From NCBI GenBank assembly GCA_038078735.1, contig JBBTTI010000040.1, positions 1 to 42,512 on the forward strand: a stretch of DNA of 42,512 nt. Reading direction: 5' to 3'. This stretch comes from Patescibacteria group bacterium. Lineage in GTDB: Bacteria; Patescibacteriota; Minisyncoccia; Minisyncoccales; CAZWNE01. Made by a program: the position numbers and the translations under genes. The first letter of the stretch is position 1. The number at the start of each line of letters is the position of its first letter. Under the pieces are notes generated by a model that was not told the origin of the DNA, did no database searches, and saw only the letters and a list, made by a program, of their open reading frames with translations. Positions 9,839 to 18,551 of the stretch are shown here, piece after piece.

Positions 9839-10102
9839 ATATTAGACATTGAATGCTTGATAAAAACTACGAGGTTGATTATGGAAATGTCATAGGTGTC
9901 ACCTATGACATTTTTAGGTTTGTAGGATGTTAGGTACTCAGTGTCTAACATTCGCGCTCGTACATTTTTTAAGTTTTAAAAACAAAACCCTTATTAATAA
10001 AGGGTTTATGAGAGAGTGGTATATTCAGTGAAGTTTTTTTAGAGGAGTATTTTCTCCCTCTTTTGGAAAACTAATAATATAGTTGGACAATCATGTCCAA
10101 CT
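9839..10102. repeat. Intergenic cluster of unrelated short palindromes
   Basis: AAATGTCATAGGTG-T-CACCTATGACATTT (9885-9913, also at 25664), ATGTTAGGTACTCAGTGTCTAACAT (9927-9951), AGTTGGACA-ATCA-TGTCCAACT (10081-10102), and 9839-9862 which resembles 21181-21204. Confidence 0.75.
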
Positions 10103-10182
10103 TATAGTCTTCCCTTTTCCCTTCTTAAAAATCTTGTCAAGGGGTATGGGTAATGTGTACAAGACATATGGCGAGTTTTAAA

Positions 10183-11109
10183 TTAGTCGCAGCAGACGCG
10201 CTGGCCGAAGTCGTATTTATCAATTACGAGGCCGTTTTTATCTTTTAGATAAAGAGTGTCAAATTCATTATTCCAAGGAAAAATTTCTTTATCCCGGCGA
10301 TCAAGATAAATGTGCCATTCGCGGGAATAAAAATTTTGGTCTTTTTGATAGTTTAAAAAACAGCCGTTGTAATTTAAATTAGTATTCAAATAAGACATAC
10401 AATTGTCATCTTTAAAAAGTTCATATTTAGCCAAGCCATCATAAGTCGGCGCCTTACAACTGCCTAAAGTATTTATATATTCTTTGCACCAATAATTAAG
10501 ATAAGCGGGGAGTTTATCGCTTTGTGGCCGGGGGCAAGTTTGGGGCAGGGGAATGGTGAATTTGCGGGAGCTGGATAAATAACCCATACATTCATTTGGT
10601 CTAAAATTTTTATCTTTTTCCAAAAAAGGGCTTGGATCGCTGGAAATATAAATTCTGTCGCCTTGTTTAATAATAATATCCTCTTTTTCAAGTCCTTTGG
10701 ATATCAAAAAACTGCCATTTTTGGTTTTTATTTCCCAGCCAGTTATATTTATTTTTTCATCTTTTTGGAGATTGTTTGTATATAAAGTGATGAGCGAGGG
10801 GGAAGATAAAGTTTGGATTCTTATACTGGAGATTTTCACTTCTGGTTTTGCAACCGAAACTGCAGGTTTTTTTTGCCCGCCTGCATCGCTATGCGAAGCA
10901 TTGCGGGCAGGAACATTTTGCTTTGTTTTGGTTATTGGCTTTTTAGCGGTGGTTTTGGAAGATTGCGCTAGAGATGGTTTTACTTGGACTTTTTGTCTGA
11001 TTTGGGCAATAGATGCCTCAAAAAAGTTTGCGCTGTCCGGCTGAGCTTGGCCGACAAGATAAAAAGCGCCAAAACTGATTAAAATAATAATAATTAAAAT
11101 TTGTTGCAT
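10183..11109 (-). CDS. Exported hypothetical protein (lamin-tail/Ig-like domain with Cys-rich insert)
   Basis: N-terminal TM, INITGW.I and W.N..DTLYL.D..G..ID.Y motifs typical of LTD-like domains. Contains the palindrome-encoded PARNASHSDAGG. Confidence 0.7.
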   Translation of the reverse strand: MQQILIIIILISFGAFYLVGQAQPDSANFFEASIAQIRQKVQVKPSLAQSSKTTAKKPITKTKQNVPARNASHSDAGGQKKPAVSVAKPEVKISSIRIQTLSSPSLITLYTNNLQKDEKINITGWEIKTKNGSFLISKGLEKEDIIIKQGDRIYISSDPSPFLEKDKNFRPNECMGYLSSSRKFTIPLPQTCPRPQSDKLPAYLNYWCKEYINTLGSCKAPTYDGLAKYELFKDDNCMSYLNTNLNYNGCFLNYQKDQNFYSREWHIYLDRRDKEIFPWNNEFDTLYLKDKNGLVIDKYDFGQRVCCD

Positions 11110-11193
11110 GCCTTAATTAAAGCATAAAGCAATCAAATTGTCAAGCTTGATTTTCTAATTTTAAAATGTTAAATATCAATAAGGAGGGCGAAT

Positions 11194-11397
11194 ATGAAAA
11201 TAGAAAACGATCGCGAGAAGGATGGCGGTAATCTTAGAATTACCGATATAGAGGGCGATATGGGCGAATCAACTCGCTTAAATCTTCTTTTACAACCAGA
11301 TGGGGATGTAATTGTATCAATCTATAAAATTAAAGATGGATTGAATATGCCCCCGGTGAGTATTTATTTTTTACCGAGAGAGTGGTATTGCCTATGA
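11194..11397 (+). CDS. Small hypothetical protein, possibly truncated
   Basis: AAGGAGG RBS, 67 aa. The last 34 bp overlap the xer 3' end. Confidence 0.45.
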   Translation: MKIENDREKDGGNLRITDIEGDMGESTRLNLLLQPDGDVIVSIYKIKDGLNMPPVSIYFLPREWYCL

Positions 11398-12317
11398 ATA
11401 TCTCTTAATCTTTTAGAAGTGACGTGGGTATAAATTTGAGTTGTAGCAATATTCCTGTGACCCAAAAATTCCTGGACATTCCTTATATCTACCCCCTGAT
11501 TAAGTAGGTCCGTGGCAAAGCTATGGCGTAAAACATGGGGCGTTGTAGTGGCTGGAGAGCCCGAAATTAGGGCGTAGCGCTTCACAAGGGTCTCAATCGA
11601 CCTTGGACTCAACCTTTGGCCAACTTGCTTCTTAGGGCCCTTATAGCTGATAAAAAGGGCTTTTTCCTTATCTTGCCTGGTTCCCAGGTACTTTTTAAGG
11701 GATTCTATAACCCTATCTGAGAAATAAACCGTTCTTATGTGGCTTCCTTTGCCAACTATACTTATTTCAAGGTCTTTGGTGGCGGGGGTTATCTTTATTT
11801 GGTCGCGATTAAGGCTGACAAGCTCGGCTATTCTCATACCGGTTGAAAAAAAAGATTCAAGTATGGCCCGGTCTCTAAGGCCGGCTACGGTTGAAGTTTT
11901 TGGAGCCAAAATAAGTTTTTCTATTTGTTCTAAGGTAAGAAATTTTATAGCCTTATCGCTTTTCTCGCGGATTAATTTAATTTTTTCGGCGGGTAAGGAA
12001 ACGATATTTCTGTCGGCAAAATAATTTAAGAGGTTTCTAAGGGCTATAAGGTAGTAGTTTTGGGTGGATCTTTTTAATGGTTCTTTGGTGTTTTTATTAA
12101 AAGTTTGGGATAAAAAAACCCTATATTTCCAAATATGGTCTTCGGTGAGCTCGTGGGGGAGTAGGACATCAAAATGGTTATTTTCCAGCCATTTAGTAAA
12201 TCTTTTTAGAAATCTTCCGTAAGTTTCCTGGCTTTTATTACTCAATCCTTTCTCAATATCTAAATATTCTAAAAAATCATTAATATGTTTTATTATTGTT
12301 TTTGTGTCGTTTTTCAT
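11364..12317 (-). CDS. Tyrosine recombinase, XerC/XerD family
   Basis: N-terminal SAM-like domain, RDRAILE, TGMRIAEL, GKG, HVLRHSFAT and LGH...TTQIYTH. Confidence 0.93.
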   Translation of the reverse strand: MKNDTKTIIKHINDFLEYLDIEKGLSNKSQETYGRFLKRFTKWLENNHFDVLLPHELTEDHIWKYRVFLSQTFNKNTKEPLKRSTQNYYLIALRNLLNYFADRNIVSLPAEKIKLIREKSDKAIKFLTLEQIEKLILAPKTSTVAGLRDRAILESFFSTGMRIAELVSLNRDQIKITPATKDLEISIVGKGSHIRTVYFSDRVIESLKKYLGTRQDKEKALFISYKGPKKQVGQRLSPRSIETLVKRYALISGSPATTTPHVLRHSFATDLLNQGVDIRNVQEFLGHRNIATTQIYTHVTSKRLRDIHRQYHSLGKK

Positions 12318-12327
12318 ATGAGTAAAT

Positions 12328-12355
12328 ACTTCGGTTAAGCTACATTATGCGAAGT
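12328..12355. promoter_or_regulatory. dif-like Xer recombination site
   Basis: ACTTCGGTTAA-GCTACA-TTATGCGAAGT: 11-6-11 geometry, inverted arms and a TAA/TTATG inner core as in known dif sites. Lies 10 bp upstream of the xer start. Confidence 0.75.
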
Positions 12356-12410
12356 ATCCTATTTGTATAATAACAAGGCAAGAAGCCCTGTCAACCCCAT
12401 TCCCCTATAT

Positions 12411-12647
12411 TTAAATCGCTTCTCTTATTTTATCTTTGATAAATTCAACTAATTTATCTATCCAAGGAGTAACTAATCCTTTGTAATAATTAAAATCATC
12501 ATGGAACAGGGCGGTGAAAGCCAATTTAAATCCATCCCAAGAAGGATGTTGAAAAAAGCCGGAGAATTGGCTTACTTGCACCTTTCCCATAAAAACCGGA
12601 ACCAAGAGAAGTATTAAAAATAAAATAATAAGTCCTTTAATATTCAT
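12411..12647 (-). CDS. Small membrane hypothetical protein
   Basis: 78 aa with an N-terminal hydrophobic helix. Confidence 0.65.
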   Translation of the reverse strand: MNIKGLIILFLILLLVPVFMGKVQVSQFSGFFQHPSWDGFKLAFTALFHDDFNYYKGLVTPWIDKLVEFIKDKIREAI

Positions 12648-12673
12648 CGCCCTTTTATTTTAACAGATAATTA

Positions 12674-14128
12674 TTAGTCAAGCAACTCAATCGCTTTTTT
12701 AATCCGTTCCAAGGTCTTTTCTCTGCCTAAAATGGCGGCTACGTCAAAGGGCCCGGCCGAAGCCTTTTGCCCCGTCAAAGCCGTCCTTAATGGCCAAAGC
12801 AGCTGTCCCCTATCTTTCCCTTTCTCGGCTTCCGGCATTAAAATGTCTTCCAGATTTTCTTTATTCCAATTATTATTTTCTATTTTCTCCAATATTTTTT
12901 TTGAATTTTCCAAGCTTTGTTCTATCTCTTTATCCGACATATCTTTCCATTTTAACAATCCCCTATCATATTCTATGTCGTTAAAAAAGAAACCGGCAAA
13001 TTCTTTAATTTCTGAAAGTTTTTTCAATCGTTCCTGGTAAACCGAAACTATTTTTTGTAGATGTTTAACATCTACGCCTTCTTTTAGATAGGGCAAACAA
13101 AGTTCGGCTAATTTTTCAATAGGCAGTTGACGAATATAAAATCCGTTTAAATAATCCAATTTTTGAATATTAAAAATTGCTCCGCCCTTTTGCACTCTTT
13201 CCAAAGAAAAACTTTTAATTAAATCATCTAGAGAATAGATCTCTTTTTCACCTCCCGGGTTCCAACCCAGAAAAGCGATAAAATTAATTAGAGCCTCTGG
13301 TAGGTATCCTTTTTCTTGAAAATCTTTAATACCGACAGCTCCATCTCGCTTAGATAATTTTCCTCCATTTGGAGAGAGTATGACGGGTAGATGAATAAAA
13401 TTAGGAAGAGCCCAGTCGAAAGATTTATAAAGAAGAATGTGTTTAGGTAAAGAAGAAATCCATTCTTCGCCCCTGATAACGTGGCTAATCTCCATCAAAT
13501 GATCATCCACCACACTAGCCAAGTGATATGTCGGATATCCATCAGATTTTATAATTACAAAATCATCTAGAAAATTACTAAATTCGATTTCTCCTTTAAG
13601 GAGATCGTTGATTTTTATTTTTTCAGTTTTAGGAGCTTTGAACCTTATAATATGTTTTTTTCCTGCTTTTTTTAACTCAGAAACTTGTTCCAGCGTGAGA
13701 TATCTGCATCTCCCGTCATAATTTGAATTACCTCTACCTTGCGCTATTTGGGTCTTCTTTAGCATATCTAATCTAGCTAAAGAACAGAAACAATAATAAG
13801 CTTTCCCCGATTCAACTAATTTTTCTGCATATTTATTATAGAGAGATAATCTTTCAGATTGAAAATAAGGGCCAAAATTACCACCAACATTGGGCCCCTC
13901 TTCCCAATTAATAGATAACCATTTCAGATTTTTAACGATATCGTCAGTAGAACCCTCAATAAATCTTTTCCTATCCGTATCTTCGATTCTTAAAATCAAC
14001 TTACCCCCCATAGACTTGGCAAATAAATAATTAATTAGAGCTGTTCTTGCGCCTCCAATATGTAAAAATCCTGTTGGTGATGGGGCAAATCTGACTCTTA
14101 TTTTTTTGTTTTTTACTATCTTCTCCAT
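12674..14128 (-). CDS. gltX: Glutamate--tRNA ligase, full length
   Basis: RFAPSPTG.LHIGG, LRIEDTD, YYCFC, DGYPTYHLA.VVDD, IRGEEW, KLSKR and a C-terminal anticodon-binding domain (PLR.ALTG). Confidence 0.95.
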   Translation of the reverse strand: MEKIVKNKKIRVRFAPSPTGFLHIGGARTALINYLFAKSMGGKLILRIEDTDRKRFIEGSTDDIVKNLKWLSINWEEGPNVGGNFGPYFQSERLSLYNKYAEKLVESGKAYYCFCSLARLDMLKKTQIAQGRGNSNYDGRCRYLTLEQVSELKKAGKKHIIRFKAPKTEKIKINDLLKGEIEFSNFLDDFVIIKSDGYPTYHLASVVDDHLMEISHVIRGEEWISSLPKHILLYKSFDWALPNFIHLPVILSPNGGKLSKRDGAVGIKDFQEKGYLPEALINFIAFLGWNPGGEKEIYSLDDLIKSFSLERVQKGGAIFNIQKLDYLNGFYIRQLPIEKLAELCLPYLKEGVDVKHLQKIVSVYQERLKKLSEIKEFAGFFFNDIEYDRGLLKWKDMSDKEIEQSLENSKKILEKIENNNWNKENLEDILMPEAEKGKDRGQLLWPLRTALTGQKASAGPFDVAAILGREKTLERIKKAIELLD

Positions 14129-14159
14129 TATTTTATTAATATTTTAATTGTTATAAATA

Positions 14160-15230
14160 TTAACGCAAGGATGCTTGTGTGGTGTCATTTACAGATGTTG
14201 TCCATAGGGGGCAAATTGGAATTAAATCCCTACTACACTTATCCGTTGGAACACCGTACTTAAAATGATTATAAGCTGCACACCCGCCATTACAAATAAA
14301 CGCCCGAGAACAACGCTCACATTTTAGTGATACTTTATTGATTAAATTCAATTCATTGTTTTTGCCTTTATTAATAAAAAATCCTTTATCATTAATCAAG
14401 CCAAAATTTATGTCTTTATCTAAAAAAGCAGAACAAATGTAACATTTTCCATCGGGAAAAATTGCCAATCTCTCTAAATTTCTAGCAGTACACCCTTTGT
14501 AGCCTGATTTTTTCAATAAAGACAATTCATCTTTTTTAACAAAAGCTGGCGGATAGTATATCTTCAATTTGTTATTTATTTTTGAATTTAAAACATAATT
14601 CTTTAGATTACGTACAAACTTTAGCCACTCTTTATTGGAAAGTTGAAAATTGGAGTAATATCTACCATTGCCAGTAGGAGTAAAATAATGGAAAGACAGT
14701 AAATCTATTTGAAGATCGCTAGCTAGATTTATAATATTGGGAACATCTGCTACATTTTTTTTATTGATTGTGCAAATAATCCTTGTTTTAAAATTTCGCC
14801 CCCGAGCATCTTTTATGCTTTCAATTAAAGGGGAAAACGTATTTTTTCCTCTTAAAAATTCGTGTATTTCTCTAGATGATCCATCCAAACTGAATGATAA
14901 TGAGTCTATATGTCCGGGTAAAATTTTATTCCAAGCGCTTTCAGATACTAAACCATTGGAGGTTAGCACAACTAAATAATTTTCCCTTTTGCATATCTTT
15001 AAAATTTTATCTAACTCTGGATGAAGGGTGGGTTCTCCGCCCAAAAGATAAACTTTATAATGACCATAAAGAACCCTCATTAATTTCAAAATTCTTTCAA
15101 CATTTTCAGCAGGCATAATCTGTCCATTATGCAAACGTTTTCCCATATAACAATGCTTGCAACTTAATTGGCACTGGTTAGTTATATATAAAAATAAAAA
15201 CGGTTCGTATGTTTTATTGATCTTATTCAT
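14160..15230 (-). CDS. Radical SAM/SPASM-domain protein (paralog B)
   Basis: CQLSCKHC, GGEP, SLDG, and a C-terminal Cys set GC...PDG..Y.C...C..C.....C.GGC.A...C......C. Confidence 0.9.
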   Translation of the reverse strand: MNKINKTYEPFLFLYITNQCQLSCKHCYMGKRLHNGQIMPAENVERILKLMRVLYGHYKVYLLGGEPTLHPELDKILKICKRENYLVVLTSNGLVSESAWNKILPGHIDSLSFSLDGSSREIHEFLRGKNTFSPLIESIKDARGRNFKTRIICTINKKNVADVPNIINLASDLQIDLLSFHYFTPTGNGRYYSNFQLSNKEWLKFVRNLKNYVLNSKINNKLKIYYPPAFVKKDELSLLKKSGYKGCTARNLERLAIFPDGKCYICSAFLDKDINFGLINDKGFFINKGKNNELNLINKVSLKCERCSRAFICNGGCAAYNHFKYGVPTDKCSRDLIPICPLWTTSVNDTTQASLR

Positions 15231-15249
15231 AATATAAATTTAGTTTGAA

Positions 15250-16329
15250 TTATCTAAAATCATGTATTAAAGTCTGGGGTTTTTTATCCCAAGAGTATGT
15301 AGTCCATAAAATACAAAGCGGAATAATATTCTTATCACAAGAATAAAAATTTTTATAAGCATTAATATACGAAAAAGCTGCACACTCTCCAGAGCATAAG
15401 TTATTTAAACCACATCCAGTAATACAATAATTCTTTGGATTATAATACAAATTTAATTCCGAATATTCTTTATTAAAAGAAAAATACCCATTTTTTATTT
15501 TGGCTCCATATATATCATAGTCCATAAATAAGGGACAAAAATATATTTTACCGTCGGGCAAAACGTGGGGTCTATCTAAAGTTCTTCCTGGGCATCCTGG
15601 ATAGCCCCTTTCTATGTATTTTTCGATGTCATCTTTTTTGATAAAAGTTGGGGGATAATAAACAGCCATTCTACTTGTTGGAGGTGATTTTTCAATTGAA
15701 TTGTAGAAATCTATCCACTCAAGCGGCGATAACGGTTTTAAAAAATTAACAGCATTTCCTGTTATTCCTAAGTTATGAAATGAGAGCGTGTGGACTCCTA
15801 AATTTTCCAAAAAATTAATCATTCCCAATGCATTTTTTGAATTTATATTGGAAACCGTACACATTACCCGAACTTGTAGCCCATTATTAATGCCCGTTTT
15901 GATATTATCTATAATTTTATTAAAAGATTTCTTAGGGACAGATCTGATTTTTTGAAATTCTTCTGGGATCCATGAATCTAGGCTTATATTCAAAGATGCG
16001 ATTTTTTCCGCAGTTAAAATTTTAAAGATTTTTTTATCAAATAAACCATTGGTGCTTATTGTTATTGAATATTTTTTTTCAATTCCCGCATTTATTATTT
16101 CGTTTAATTGTGGATGCATAGTAGGCTCTCCTCCAATTAAATATAACTTATCGTGTCCGCCGGTCGTTTTGAAATAATCCAAGATAAACCTAGCGCTTGG
16201 AACAGACATTCTTTTTGCTCGATTCAATCTTTTGTTTCCCAAATAACAGTGCCTACATCTTAAATTGCAAGCTTCTGTAATATATAGAAATAAAAATCGC
16301 TCTTTGATATTTTTATATATTGGTTTCAT
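15250..16329 (-). CDS. Radical SAM/SPASM-domain protein (paralog A)
   Basis: CNLRCRHC, GGEP, STNG and SPASM-like Cys. Shares FLFLYIT, YYPP and P.C.LWTT with the neighbour. Confidence 0.9.
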   Translation of the reverse strand: MKPIYKNIKERFLFLYITEACNLRCRHCYLGNKRLNRAKRMSVPSARFILDYFKTTGGHDKLYLIGGEPTMHPQLNEIINAGIEKKYSITISTNGLFDKKIFKILTAEKIASLNISLDSWIPEEFQKIRSVPKKSFNKIIDNIKTGINNGLQVRVMCTVSNINSKNALGMINFLENLGVHTLSFHNLGITGNAVNFLKPLSPLEWIDFYNSIEKSPPTSRMAVYYPPTFIKKDDIEKYIERGYPGCPGRTLDRPHVLPDGKIYFCPLFMDYDIYGAKIKNGYFSFNKEYSELNLYYNPKNYCITGCGLNNLCSGECAAFSYINAYKNFYSCDKNIIPLCILWTTYSWDKKPQTLIHDFR

Positions 16330-17065
16330 TTTTGTTAATCTCTAAAAAACAATTAATATATGTTCCAAGGCATTGTTTATTTATCGCCTGTCTTTTTCTT
16401 GAATTACTCGGCAAATAAGCCTTTGGGCACAATCTACGAGACAAGGAATTACCAAACCATCTATTTAATCCTATCCCGACAGGAGTATCAAAGAATTTTT
16501 TTGTTTCACGATATATTCTTTGCATCCTTTCACTTCCTTTTATGTCTGACTCGCGAGGAAAAACTAATCGATTTTTTTCTTTTTGAATGCGTTCTGTATT
16601 GTTTTTCTTAAAATATTTTTTTGATCTTTGTATATATTTATTAAGTAATTTTTTATCTCCAGAAACTAATATTTTAGAATCCAAAAAAAATTTCATGGCA
16701 ACATCTCCCTTTCGCCATATGGATAGAATACAATCGGTATGATAGCAAGCGGTTTCTAAAATTTCTGGGAATTCATTTAAAATATATTCCGTTTCTTGAA
16801 ATAAATTATCTAGCGTGAGTTTGTCAAAAATTTCGCCTATATGTCCCGGCTCGAGTCCGTATTTTTTATGAAATTTTTCAAAGTATTTAGCATAAGTTAT
16901 TTCCTTATCGTAATCTTGATTTTTTAAAAGTACAAATATATCAATATCGCTATTGCTTTTTTGAGTATTTTTTGCATAAGATCCCCCGATGAAGGTAAAT
17001 AAAATATTATCACCGAAATGATTTTGTGTTGTTCGCGAAAGATCTTTTAAAATATTGCTCTTCAT
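16313..17065 (-). CDS. Pol-beta superfamily nucleotidyltransferase domain protein
   Basis: GGSYA......SDIDIFV (GS...DxD) motif. Confidence 0.75.
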   Translation of the reverse strand: MKSNILKDLSRTTQNHFGDNILFTFIGGSYAKNTQKSNSDIDIFVLLKNQDYDKEITYAKYFEKFHKKYGLEPGHIGEIFDKLTLDNLFQETEYILNEFPEILETACYHTDCILSIWRKGDVAMKFFLDSKILVSGDKKLLNKYIQRSKKYFKKNNTERIQKEKNRLVFPRESDIKGSERMQRIYRETKKFFDTPVGIGLNRWFGNSLSRRLCPKAYLPSNSRKRQAINKQCLGTYINCFLEINKNETNI

Positions 17066-17093
17066 GTTGATTAAAAAATTCTATTGGTTTCTT

Positions 17094-18545
17094 TTATTTT
17101 AAGCATCCGTTAGCCGCAGCTATACCGGAAACCATTGCCTGCAAAACTCCTTGTGCCAACCCCGTAGCATCGCCAGCTACATATATGTTTTTAACTGATG
17201 TTTCCATACTCGGTTTCAAATAAAGCTTATCCCATGAATTTTCAAGTTCAAGCCCCATTACTAGCATATTGTCTAAAATTTTTTTTCTAGTGTAAACATT
17301 CTTAGGAAGCGATGATAAGGAATATAATCTTTGAAAGATATATTCAAATGTTTTGCACAAAAAATCATGTTCTTCTTTATTAAAAAACACTGATAGATCA
17401 GAATTTTTTATATAATTTATTGATGGTAAAAATCCCAAAGATGCTTTAATTTTGTCAATAGAGAGCATTGTTTTAGATTTATTTTTAAAATCTTTATATA
17501 ATTGAAAAACTGGCCTCCCCCGATTTGGTAAATTTTTGTATGAAAATATAATTCTATTTATCCTATTTTTTATTTTATAATCTTCTTTGTTTAGTGATTC
17601 ATTTTTTATAATTAATGCAAAATTTCCGGGGCAGCGGTTATTATTTTTTTCTACCACTACGTGACCATCAAGCAAGGTATATGCCCCATAGTTGATTGTT
17701 TTTATACGCCCCCCGCCAATTCCGCCGCAGAAACAGAAAGTCTTTATCTTATATTTACCATTTTTATGAAAAGATAATTTTAAATCTGGATGAATTTTTC
17801 CAGCTTCTTTAAATAATTCTTTTGGCCCTTCAAACCTAAGACCTAAAAAAGGATTACTTTGTGAATGATTTATTCCTAAATCATGTACTGTTTTTCCACA
17901 CCACCTTAATCCATAGCGCCCTCCCGCAAAAATTATTTTATTTGCCAAGAGATTAATATTCATTTTATTATTAAGACAAAATATTTTAAAATTACTGCCT
18001 TCCTCTAATGGTTTGATAGAGACGACATTAGTATTTAAAAACAAATCTAAATTCTCTGTTTTTTTTAATTTTATATATGTTTTTTTTAAAAATAATTTTA
18101 CGTCATCAGCATTTAACGTAGCTACGGGATAACATTTTATATCTTTGAAAGGTAAAAAATTTTTCTCAGGAAAAACAAATTTTTTAGTCGCCTCTTTTTT
18201 AATAAATTTATTCAAAGCAATATTCATGTATTCGTTCGCCATTTTTTTCCCAAGCAAATCAACTAAATGTTTACCTGCTGGAAATTTTGATAATTTAACA
18301 GAATCACCATAGTGCAACGATCCACCGTAGCCCGAAATAACATTACATGGATTGCAATTCATGCATTCTTTTCTGTGATCAATAAAGCAATGGCGTTTTT
18401 TATAATCATGCCCAGCATCAATCAAAGCGATTTTTAATTTTTTATTCTTTTCGCCGATAATTGTTGCGGTAGAGATTCCAGCAGGGCCGCACCCAATAAT
18501 TAAAATATCATATACGGGTTTCTTCATTTTTTGGAATATGAACAA
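17094..18545 (-). CDS. Uncharacterised FAD-dependent oxidoreductase (COG2509-like) with Cys cluster
   Basis: IIGCGPAG, C...C..C.PC.VISGYGG, TFCFC.G.GG and ETS...IY.AGDATG. Start may be 18527. Confidence 0.8.
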   Translation of the reverse strand: MFIFQKMKKPVYDILIIGCGPAGISTATIIGEKNKKLKIALIDAGHDYKKRHCFIDHRKECMNCNPCNVISGYGGSLHYGDSVKLSKFPAGKHLVDLLGKKMANEYMNIALNKFIKKEATKKFVFPEKNFLPFKDIKCYPVATLNADDVKLFLKKTYIKLKKTENLDLFLNTNVVSIKPLEEGSNFKIFCLNNKMNINLLANKIIFAGGRYGLRWCGKTVHDLGINHSQSNPFLGLRFEGPKELFKEAGKIHPDLKLSFHKNGKYKIKTFCFCGGIGGGRIKTINYGAYTLLDGHVVVEKNNNRCPGNFALIIKNESLNKEDYKIKNRINRIIFSYKNLPNRGRPVFQLYKDFKNKSKTMLSIDKIKASLGFLPSINYIKNSDLSVFFNKEEHDFLCKTFEYIFQRLYSLSSLPKNVYTRKKILDNMLVMGLELENSWDKLYLKPSMETSVKNIYVAGDATGLAQGVLQAMVSGIAAANGCLK

Positions 18546-18551
18546 TTCTAT

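Noticed and set aside
11364-12317. Prophage or island integrase
   Set aside because: Size and motifs fit a housekeeping Xer with an adjacent dif-like site, and there are no phage genes.
16313-17065. MNT-HEPN toxin-antitoxin or CBASS cyclase
   Set aside because: No adjacent HEPN gene or CBASS effector; the context is biosynthetic.
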